This document shows, piece after piece, positions 34,616-45,722 of a stretch of DNA of 64,000 bases. Source of the stretch: Macrostomum lignano (taxonomy: Eukaryota); assembly GCA_002269645.1 (NCBI GenBank), contig NIVC01001881.1:62001-126000 (forward strand). Direction: 5' to 3'. Positions within the stretch are counted from its first letter, which is position 1. Every line of letters starts with the position of its first letter. The notes below the pieces were generated by a model. It worked only from the letters and a program-made list of their open reading frames with translations. It searched no databases and was not told the origin of the DNA. A program made the translations under genes and the position numbers.

Positions 34616-35877
34616 GGAGCAGATCAGCAACTGCTGGACTCGTAACTGTTAAAATGTATACGCATGACTGTTTTAAGATTTTTCAGCTTGCTAAGGTCGG
34701 CAGGTTTTACCCATGCACTGTTTGTGTCCTAATTCATCTGATTGTGCAGGAATACCTTGCAGCTAAGCTTGTCCTAAGTGGTTGAATTTCGTTGTTTTTT
34801 CCACCATCCCGTAACCCGCATGCAGAAAACTCGATAAAATTCAAGCTTTTACTTAGCATATCCATGTAGAACATGCAAAACAAGTATAGCTCGTAATTTC
34901 CCTTGTTAGCAATGTGAGCTGATCCTGTCCGAACACTTTCATGAATAAAATCATTTTACTGACTTTGTTGAAGCGACCCGAAGGCAGCAAGGAAGCGAGC
35001 AGCTATAACTATGTCTACTCTTGAACACTGTTACACTGACCTCTGAGCGCGCAACGGAAACGAACAGTGGACTTTTAACTTTCTCATCGTCACGAAGGTA
35101 TCCGCAATCTACGGCATGCCTTTAGGGAGATTAAAAACCGCATTAGCGTAAATGGTATCCAGGCAGATTTCAGGTTTGGACTTCGATATCAATGGCCATT
35201 CTCAATCGATAATTATTTTATCGATGCTTCATATGAAGCTCAACTTGTGTTCTAACTGCTCATAAAACTTTATGATAAGCATCCGTGCTTTCCATCCCCT
35301 GCCGTTGTTGGAGTTCTTGTGTCCCTAACTGTACAGCAAATCTAGCGGGTTGCTAGGTCGCAGAGATGAGGGTTATTAGCGAAGTGCGGTTGCGGCTACA
35401 GTGGTTGCGTTGGATGAATTTGTGGAGGTGACAAAATATCAAGTCTGAATAGTTTTCCACCCGTGTCTGCTGTCCCCTTGTACACTGCAAGCGTCTCTCC
35501 AGCCCCCCCACGGTCGTCAGGCATCTTCGGGTTGGCGTTGTTCCTCTGTTTGCCGCGCTGTCCAGCGGCTCCTGCCACTGAGATGGGGGCCTCATTAACT
35601 TGATCCCAGTGAGCTCTGCTGCTTCTGTCTACTGGTACAGGTCTGCCTCTCGCTCTGCCCTTTTTGTCCTAATTTTTTATCTACGAGTGTATCTCTGTTC
35701 TGCGTCCTGCCCGCCTTCTCTTAGGATACTTCAACATGGCTGTGAAGTATGAGACCGACTAGGACTATTGGCTCTGATCTGCGATGCTTCACGCAAGCCC
35801 TTATTTCATAATACATGTATGAATTCCTATGTTTATCCAACAATGACATCAATGCTGTTTCCATGATGTGAAATCTC

Positions 35878-37740
35878 GTTGTGTCCGATCTGTGTGATGG
35901 CGTGTCCGATCTGTGGGATAATGTGTCCGATCTGTGGGATGATGTGTCCGATCTGTGGGATGGTGTGTCCGATCTGTGTGATGGCGTGTCCGATCTGTGG
36001 GATGGTGTGTCCGATCTGTGGGATGATGTGTCCGATCTGTGTGATGGCGTGTCCGATCTGTGGGATGATGTGTCCGATCTGTGGGATGGTGTGTCCGATC
36101 TGTGGGATGATGTGTCCGATCTGTGGGATGATGTGTCCGATCTGTGGGATGGTGTGTCCGATCTCTGGGATGGCGTGTCCGATCTGTGGAATGGCGTGTC
36201 CGATCTGTGGGATGGCGTGTCCGATCTGTGGGATGGTGTGTCCGATCTGTGGGATGATGTGTCCGATCTGTGGGATGATGTGTCCGATCTGTGGGATGGC
36301 GTGTCCGATCTCTGGGATGGCGTGTCCGATCTGTGGAATGGCGTGTCCGATCTGTGGGATGGCGTGTCCGATCTGTGGGATGGCGTGTCCGATCTCTGGG
36401 ATGGTGTGTCCGATCTGTGGGATGGTGTGTCCGATCTGTGTGATGGCGTGTCCGATCTGTGGGATGGTGTGTCCGATCTGTGGGATGATGTGTCCGATCT
36501 GTGTGATGGCGTGTCCGATCTGTGGGATGATGTGTCCGATCTGTGGGATGGTGTGTCCGATCTGTGGGATGATGTGTCCGATCTGTGGGATGATGTGTCC
36601 GATCTGTGGGATGGCGTGTCCGATCTCTGGGATGGCGTGTCCGATCTGTGGAATGGCGTGTCCGATCTGTGGGATGGCGTGTCCGATCTGTGGGATGGCG
36701 TGTCCGATCTCTGGGATGGTGTGTCCGATCTCTGGGATGGTGTGTCCGATCTGTGGGATGGTGTGTCCGATCTGTGGGATGGCGTGTCCGATCTCTGGGA
36801 TGGTGTGTCCGATCTGTGGGATGGTGTGTCCGATCTGTGAAATGATGTGTCCGATCTGTGGGATGGTGTGTCCGATCTGTGGGATGATGTGTCCGATCTG
36901 TGGGATGATGTGTCCGATCTGTGGGATGGCGTGTCCGATCTGTGGGATGGCGTGTCCGATCTGTGGAATGGCGTGTCCGATCTGTGGGATGGCGTGTCCG
37001 ATCTCTGGGATGGTGTGTCCGATCTCTGGGATGGTGTGTCCGATCTGTGGGATGGTGTGTCCGATCTGTGGGATGGTGTGTCCGATCTCTGGGATGGCGT
37101 GTCCGATCTCTGGGATGGTGTGTCCGATCTGTGGGATGGTGTGTCCGATCTCTGGGATGATGTGTCCGATCTCTGGGATGGTGTGTCCGATCTGTGGGAT
37201 GATGTGTCCGATCTGTGGGATGATGTGTCCGATCTGTGGGATGGCGTGTCCGATCTGTGGGATGGCGTGTCCGATCTGTGGAATGGCGTGTCCGATCTGT
37301 GGGATGGCGTGTCCGATCTGTAGGATGGCGTGTCCGATCTCTGGGATGGTGTGTCCGATCTCTGGGATGGTGTGTCCGATCTGTGGGATGGTGTGTCCGA
37401 TCTGTGGGATGGTGTGTCCGATCTCTGGGATGGCGTGTCCGATCTCTGGGATGGTGTGTCCGATCTCTGGGATGGTGTGTCCGATCTCTGGGATGGTGTG
37501 TCCGATCTCTGGGATGGTGTGTCCGATCTGTGGGATGGTGTGTCCGATCTGTGGGATGGTGTGTCCGATCTCTGGGATGGCGTGTCCGATCTCTGGGATG
37601 GTGTGTCCGATCTGTGGGATGGTGTGTCCGATCTCTGGGATGGTGTGTCCGATCTCTGGGATGGTGTGTCCGATCTCTGGGATGGTGTGTCCGATCTCTG
37701 GGATGGTGTGTCCGATCTCTGGGATGGTGTGTCCGATCTT
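35878..37740. repeat. 21-bp minisatellite (GGTGTGTCCGATCTGTGGGAT), array 4, about 88 units
   Basis: Homogeneous 21-bp period; source of the spurious 640-680 aa ORFs. Confidence 0.97.
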
Positions 37741-38282
37741 GGGGTTAAAATTCCTACACACGCCACTCAGATCATGTACATTTACGAGCGAAGTTGCTCC
37801 TCTTTGGCCCGAAATCCCACTGAAAGTACATTAAGAAGGATCCAATCACTTTTAACTTTCATAATTTATTAGCAATAAGCACAAGTCACACGTGTTTAAT
37901 AAAATAGAGCAGTCAGATCAATAGCTACTCAATCAGACAGAGGCTAAATGGAAAATTTACACTTTAAAATAGAATAAAATGTAAGTCAGGGAAGACAGAG
38001 TTAATATTAACAACTTATTAATAAATATATAAAGAATCATTTGAAAGAAAACAAAGCACACAGTTTGACAAATACGGATGAATACGGACAAGTACTTCAA
38101 ATGAAAACTACTTGATTTCCGGACAGCACAAAACTAGAGGGATTGTAAGCGAATAAGTGTAACAAATGACTGCCTTTAACCCATGATATGAGTGTACATT
38201 GCACTGTTGAGTCTATTGCTGATTGAAACTCGTTGATAGCCACACTTAGTTAAAAGATGAGTTCAACATGCTGTAAAAGGAC

Positions 38283-39328
38283 TGGGAGATACAGGAGAGT
38301 CGGGGGAGGCAGAGGGAGAGTCGGGGGAGGCAGGGCGAGAGTCAGGGGAGGCAGAGGGAGAGTCGGGGGAGGCAGAGGGAGAGTCGGGGGAGGCAGAGGG
38401 AGAGTCGGGGGAGGCAGAGGGAGAGTCGGAGGAGGCAGAGGGAGAGTCGGGGGAGGCAGAGGGAGAGTCGGGGGAGGCAGAGGGAGAGTCGGGGGAGGCA
38501 GAGGGAGTGTCGGGGGAGGCAGAGGGAGAGTCGGGGGAGGCAGAGGGAGTGTCGGGGGAGGCAGGGCGAGAGTCAGGGGAGGCAGGGCGAGAGTCAGGGG
38601 AGGCAGAGGGAGAGTCGGGGGAGGCAGAGGGAGAGTCGGGGGAGGCAGAGGGAGAGTCGGGGGAGGCAGAGGGAGAGTCGGGGGAGGCAGAGGAGAGTCG
38701 GGGGAGGCAGAGAGAGTGTCGGGGGAGGCAGAGGGAGAGTCGGGGGAGGCAGAATGAGTGTCGGGGGAGGCAGAGGAGAGTCGGGGGAGGCAGAGGAGAG
38801 TCGGGGGAAGCAGAGGGAGAGTCGGAGGAGGCAGAGGGAGAGTCGGATGAGGCAGAGGGAGAGTCGGGGGAGGCAGAGGGAGTGTCGGGGGAGGCAGAGG
38901 GAGAGTCGGGGAGGCAGGGCGAGAGTCAGGGGAGGCAGAGGGAGAGTCGGGAGGCAGAGGGAGTGTCGGGGGAGGCAGAGGAGAGTCGGGGGAGGCAGAG
39001 GAGAGTCGGGGGAGGCAGAGGGAGAGTCGGGGAGGCAGAGGGAGTGTCGGGGGAGGCAGAGGGAGAGTCGGGGGAGGCAGAGGGAGAGTCGGGGGAGGCA
39101 GAGGGAGAGTCGGGGAGGCAGAGGGAGTGTCGGGGGAGGCAGAGGGAGAGTCGGGGGAGGCAGAGGGAGTGTCGGGGGAGGCAGAGGGAGAGTCGGGGAG
39201 GCAGAATGAGTGTCGGGGGAGGCAGAGGGAGTGTCGGGGGAGGCAGAGGGAGAGTCGGGGGAGGCAGAGGGAGAGTCGGGGGAGGCAGAGGGAGAGTCGG
39301 GGGAGGCAGAGGGAGAGTCGGGGGAGAT
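38283..39328. repeat. 21-bp GA-rich minisatellite (GGGGGAGGCAGAGGGAGAGTC) downstream of the PHKA stop
   Basis: About 50 units. Confidence 0.95.
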
Positions 39329-39407
39329 TGCACCGGGCCACTTGTAAAGGCAAGCACAACGGTGGCACTCTTCGCGGCACTCCAAAAGTCACTCCGCAGG
39401 TCACTCG

Positions 39408-42400
39408 CTACTGCACCGGGCACTCCAGTCCGTCGCTGTCCGCGGGCAGCGGCAGCAGGTCCGGCAGGGCCCGCACCAGGTAGGCGAGGGTGCCGAACCG
39501 GCCGCTGGGCGCCGTGTCGTAAAACCGGCCGCACAGACCACAGGCGCCGCAGCCGTCGCCGCCGATGCGGCAGCCGCAGCTGGCGACCAATCCACCGTCA
39601 CCGCCCGAACTGGCCGCCAGCAGGTCCTCCAGGAAGATTCGGTTCGCCGAGTGGACCAGCTGCTCCACAGGCAGCACCCGGCCCTGCGGATAGGTGGTTT
39701 GGGGTTCTCGGATGCTTTTTGGAGCCTCCCAGATCCTCAGTTGCTGGGCCAGCCTCCCAGATCCCCAGTTGCTGGGCCAGCCTCCCAGATCCCCAGTTGC
39801 TGGGCCACCCTCTCAGATCCTCAGTTGCTGGGCCAGCCTCCCAGATCCCCAGTTGCTGGGCCAGCCTCTCAGATCCCCAGTTGCTGGGCCAGTCTCTCAG
39901 ATCCCCAGTTGCTGGGCCGGCCTCCCAGATCCTCAGTTGCTGGGCCAGCCTCCCAGATCCTCAGTTGCTGGGCCAGCCTCTCAGATCCCCAGTTGCTGGG
40001 CCAGCCTCCCAGATCCTCAGTTGCTGGGCCAGCCTCCCAGATCCTCAGTTGCTGGGCCAGCCTCCCAGATCCCCAGTTGCTGGGCCAGCCTCTCAGATCC
40101 CCAGTTGCTGTGCCAGCCTCCCAGATCCCCAGTTGCTGGGCCAGCCTCCCAGATCCCCAGTTGCTAGGTCAGCCTCCCAGATCCCCAGTTGCTGGGCCAG
40201 TCTCTCAGATCCCCAGTTGCTGGGCCAGCCTCCCAGATCCCCAGTTGCTGGGCCAGTCTCTCAGATCCCCAGTTGCTGGGCCAGCCTCCCAGATCCTCAG
40301 TTGCTGGGCCAGCCTCCCAGATCCCCAGTTGCTGGGCCAGCCTCCCAGATCCTTAGTTTCTGGGCCAGCCTCCCAGATCCCCAGTTGCTGGGCCAGCCTC
40401 CCAGACCCAAGCAGCACCAACCTGTAGCCCAGCAAGGCGGCCATCGGGATCCATATCCGGCAGGCGGACCAGCAGGCTGAGAGCTTCCACAACCAGCTGC
40501 CGGTACTCGGGCACAGGCACGGATGTGATGATGGACTCCACCTGAAAAGTTGATTCAAAGTCCAAATTGCCTTCAGCACAATCTACTAAAATCCCACACA
40601 GAATCCGAACAGTTCAGCAGCCAACCTGCAGAGCAAACTTTGGCTCCCCAGCGGTCATCTCCCGGGTCAGATGCTGGCCAATGATGTGGCCACGAATGTT
40701 CAGCCCGTCCACCCGTTCCAGCAGGCGCCACATCTGCCGATAAAAGCCGGCCGGAACTCGACTGAGGGCGCCGTCGATTTTGCGTCTGCGGAGCCACTGG
40801 CCGCGCCTGTCAGAGCTCATGGTCTGGTTCAGCCGTGTCTCCGCCGCCTCCGCCGATAGGGGGCGGAAATCTATGAGCCTGCTGTCCGACTGGAGGCGGG
40901 TTCGGGGTGTCTGCGTCTGTGCCTGTGTCTATGCCTGCGTCTGTGCCTGTGTCTGTGCCTGCGTCTGTGTCTGCGTCTGTGCCTGTGTCTGTGCCTGCGT
41001 CTGTGTCTGCGTCTGTGCCTGTGCCTGTGCCTGTGTCTGTGTCTGTGTCTGTGCTTGTGCCTGCGTCTGTGCCTGTGTCTGTGCCTGTGTCTGTGTCTGT
41101 GGCTGTGCCTGTGTCTGTGTCTGTGCTTGTGCCCGCGTCTGTGTCTGTGTCTGTGTCTGTGTCTGTGCTTGTGCCTGCGTCTGTGTCTGTGTCTGTGACT
41201 GCGTCTGTGTCTGTGTCTGTGTCTGTACCTGTACCTGTGTCTGCGTCTGTGCCTGTGTCTGTGCTTGTGTCTGTGTCTGTGCCTGTGTCTGCGTCTGTGC
41301 CTGTGTCTGTGTCTGTCACTGCGTCTGTGTCTGTGCTTGTGCCTGCGTCTGTGTCTGTGTCTGTGCTTGTGCCTGCGTCTGTGTCTGTGTCTGTGACTGC
41401 GTCTGTGTCTGCGTCTGTGCCTGTGTCTGTGCTTGTGTCTGTGTCTGTGCCTGTGTCTGTGTCTGCGTCTGTGCCTGTGTCTGTGTCTGTGACTGCGTCT
41501 GTGTCTGTGCTTGTGCCTGCGTCTGTGTCTGTGTCTGTGCTTGTGCCTGCGTCTGTGTCTGTGTCTGTGCTTGTGCCTGCGTCTGTGTCTGTGTCTGTGT
41601 CTGTGTCTGTGCCTTGCGGTTGTGTCTGTGGCTGTGTCTGTGTCTGTGTCTGTGCCTTGCGGTTGTGTCTGTGTCTGTGTCTGTGTCTGTGTCTGTGCCT
41701 TGCGGTTGTGTCTGTGTCTGTGTCTGTGTCTGTGTCTGTGTCTGTGGCTGTGTCTGTGTCTGTGACCGCGTCTGTGCTTGTGTCTGTGCTTGTGCCTGCG
41801 TCTGTGTCTGTGTCTGTGTCTGTGTCTGTGACTGTGTCTGTGCCTTGCGGTTGTGTCTGTGGCTGTGTTTGTGGCTGTGTCTGTGTCTGTGTCTGTGTCT
41901 GTGTCTGTGGCTGTGCCTGCGTCTGTGTCTGTGTCTGTGGCTGTGTCTGTGGCTGTGTCTGTGCCTGCGTCTGTGTCTGTGTCTGTGGCTGTGTCTGTGC
42001 CTGCGTCTGTGTCTGTGGCTGTGTCTGTGGCTGTGGCTGTGTCTTTGTCTGTGGCTGTGTCTGTGGCTGTGTCTGTGTCTGTGGCTGTGTCTGTGGCTGT
42101 GTCTGTGTCTGCGTCTGTGTCTGTGGCTGTGTCTGTGGCTGTGTCTGTGTCTGTGGCTGTGTCTGTGTCTGTGTCCATGCATATTTTAGCCGAGGCTGTG
42201 CTATAGTGTCAGTCAGTATCAATGCGAGCCAGTGGACCAGCAACCAGTGAAGGGGTGTGAATTTCACGACAGGCCCTTGTAGACAGTAAAAAGTTCTATA
42301 TCACCTACCTCAAGCGTGACTTTTTCGTCTTGAGCTGCAAAAATGACAAACAAATCAATATAAGTTAGAAATAAAATTGACTAGACGATATGTTGTCTAA

Positions 42401-45400
42401 CAAAAAAAAACAACAACAACAACAGCAACAAAAATAACAAATAAACTGGCACAGAAGACCATAGCAACAGAAAGTGAAACTCACTGTACTCCGCACGAAA
42501 CTCTTTGCCGCTAAGTATGTGATGAAGCAATGTCTTCATTTCGAACGGACTCAGGCCAAGAAGGTGTTCGGTGGCTTCTTCGGCTGAGAAGTTGAAAAAA
42601 TAGAAAATTCTGTCAATTCGATGCTAAAAATGAGTGACTACGGGGCATGGATTCAGGGTTCATGAGTCATTAAATGGTCATAGGTCATGCATTCTGGGTC
42701 ATTGAGTCTCTAAATAGTCATAGGTCATGCATTCCGGGTCATTGAGTCTCTAAATAGTCATAGGTCATGCATTCCGGGTCATTGAGTCAATAAATAGTCA
42801 TAGGTCATGCATGCTGGGTCATTGAGTCTCTAAATAGTCATAGGTCATGTATTTTGGGTCATTGAGTCTCTAAATAGTCATAGGTCATGCATTCTGGGTC
42901 ATTGAGTCTCTAAATAGTCATAGGTCATGCATTCCGGGTCATTGAGTCTCTAAATAGTCATAGGTCATGCATTCCGGGTCATTGAGTCAATAAATAGTCA
43001 TAGGTCATGCATGCTGGGTCATTGAGTCTCTAAATAGTCATAGATCATGCATTCCGGGTCATTGAGTCATCAAGAACTAATAGGTACTGCTTTGCGGATC
43101 ACTGAGTCATTAAACTGCCATGAGTCATTGATTATTGTTCATTGAGTCATAAAAAATAAGATTAGTCATGGATTCTGGGTAGTTAACGGTCGCTGGATGC
43201 CTTAAGAGTCATAGACAATGGTCATCATGGACCAGTGAGATCAATTCAAAACCCGTGACTTGTACATATAGTTATTAATCCTCACCGTTGAGTCCCAGAG
43301 CTCGACCCATTTCGGACCCCATGACCCGAACGATAAGTCCGACCCTGACCCGGCAGGTGCTGGCGAATAGCTGCGGCTCAGTGCGAGCCAGCATGCTCAG
43401 ATAGACCAGCAGCTCCTGAGTGAGCACGCCCAGCGTCAGGTCGCCTGCGCAGGCGGCTCGAATCCTGGCGGCCAGGACACCCGAAGCCAGCGGTGAGTTG
43501 ATAACGGCGTGCGGCGGCTCCGGCGGGAGGCCCACGGTTACCTGCGGTTTAATGGGATTTTTAAAAATCTTAATCCAAAAATCCCGAAATGACGCATCCG
43601 ATTCCCAAAATCAGAAAACTGAATCACTAAATCCAAAAAAATTGCAAAACCGAATCTTAAAGTCCCAAAACCGAATCCCGAAATCCCGAAATCCCGAAAT
43701 CCCGAAATCCCAAAATCCCGAAATCCCCAAAACCGAATCCCGAAATCCCCAAAAACGAATCTCGAAATCCCGAAATCCCGAAATCCACAAAACCGAATCC
43801 CAAAACCGAAGCCCGAAATCCCAAAAACAGAATCCGGAAATCCACTATACCAAATAAACAACTTGACATCCTGCGTCAGAAATCCTGGCTTCAATACCTG
43901 CTTCTGTCTGACCAGCAGATCGGTGAGAAACATTGGCAGATTTTCCACTCGCTTATCTAGCATCCCGGCAGTGAATCTGACCAGCCACCACTGCCTGAGA
44001 GAGCCAGCCTTCTCGTACAGCTCTTTGACCAGATCGCGGACTGTCACGGGACCTGCCGCCTCCTGCCAGCCAGTGTCATAGTCCAGGCCTCTGTGGGGAG
44101 TTCAGGGTTGGCCTGGCACTACTCTCCCTCTCTCCCTGTCTCCCCGCTCCCTGTCTCACTGTCTCACTGTCTCCCTCTTCCACTGTCTCCCCCTCTCCCT
44201 GTCTCACTGTCTCCCTCTCCCACTGTCTCCCCCTCTCCCTGTCTCACTGTCTCACTGTCTCCCTCTCCCACTGTCTCACTGTCTCACTGTCTCCCTGTCT
44301 CCCCCTCTCTCTGTCTCACTGTCTCACTGTCTCCCTCTCCCACTGTCTCCCCCTCTCCCTGTCTCACTGTCTCACTTCTCCCTCTTCCACTGTCTCCCTC
44401 TCCCACTGTCTCCCCCTCTCCCTGTCTCACTGTCTCACTGTCTTCCTCTCCCACTGTCTCCCCCTCTCCCTGTCTCACTGTCTCACTGTCTCCCTCTCTC
44501 CCTGTCTCCCTCTCTCCCTGTCTCCTCTCTCACTGTCTCCCTCTCTCCCTGTCTCCCTCTCTCACTGTCTCCCTCTCTCCTGTCTCCCTCTCTCCCTGTC
44601 TCCCTCTCTCCCTGTCTCCCTCTCTCACTGTCTCCCTCTCTCACTGTCTTCCTCTCTCACTGTCTCCCTCTCTCCCTCTCTCCATCTCTCCCTGTCTCCC
44701 CCTCTTCCTGTCTCACTGTCTCCCTCTCTCACTGTCTCTCTCTCTCCCTGTCTCCCTCTCTCCCTGTATCCCTCTCTCCCTGTCTTCCTCTCTCACTGTA
44801 TCCCTCTCTCACTGTCTCCCTCTCTCCCTGTCTCCCTCTCTCCCTCTCTCCCTGTCTTCCTCTCTCACTGTATCCCTCTCTCACTGTCTCCCTCTCTCCC
44901 TGTCTCCCTCTCTCCCTCTCTCCATCTCTCCCTGTCTCCCCCTCTTCCTGTCTCACTGTCTCCCTCTCTCACTGTTTCTCTCTCTCACTGTCTCCCTCTC
45001 TCCCTCTCTCCATCTCTCCCTGTCTTCCTCTCTCACTGTCTCCCTCTCTCACTGTCTCCCTCTCTCCCTGTCTCCCTCTCTCCCTGTCTTCCTCTCTCAC
45101 TGTCTCCCTCTCTCCCTCTCTCCATCTCTCCCTGTCTCCCCCTCTCCCTGTCTCACTGTCTCCCTCTCTCACTGTCTCCCTGTCTCACTGTCTCCCTCTC
45201 ACTGTCTCCCTCTCTGGCTGTCTCCCTCTCTCTCACTCCGCCAACACAGCAGCCCTCACCTGTTAAGGTACAGCTGGTACAGCAGATCAAACTGTTCGTA
45301 AAGCTGATCAGAGGCCTCCAACTTTCTCAGCAGCTCTTTGTCCGCCAACTCGGACAGGCGATGTCCGGAAAGTGTCCGACCTTCGTCACCATTGCCTACG

Positions 45401-45659
45401 CCTAGATGGCCTCGGTCGCGATCCTGTCCGTGACGCAGAACCCGCTTCATGTTCTCGCCGCTGTCCACGTGTTCCAGGGTGGCTGGCTTGCGCAACCTGT
45501 GGGTCACTGTTGGGGAAAGGTTGCTAGGGGGAGTTAGAAATCATCAAAGATGTCGGGGATAGGCTGCAAGAACAATGCATTTGGCTTTTTTTGCTTAGCT
45601 TTCTTAGTGTCTTTCTGTCTGTCTTAGTGTCTTAGTGTCTGTATCTTTGTGTCGTATAG

Positions 45660-45722
<63 letters not shown>

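Noticed and set aside
35721-37872. Very long ORFs (up to 681 aa) with heptapeptide repeats (GVSDLWD, CPICGMV, IGHTIPQ, RSDTPSH)
   Set aside because: Translation of a 21-bp minisatellite open in several frames on both strands; stops occur in the DLWD frame, there is no signal peptide or splice context, and the same unit occurs in non-genic arrays. The CxxC pattern is not a zinc-ribbon protein.
38507-40480. 657-aa plus-strand ORF spanning the GA repeat, PHKA antisense and the 28-mer
   Set aside because: Concatenation of repeat translations and the antisense of the GC-rich last PHKA exon.
40780-42267. TQ-, HR-, DT- and CV-repeat ORFs of 430-485 aa
   Set aside because: 6-bp microsatellite inside PHKA intron 15; open in all frames by composition.
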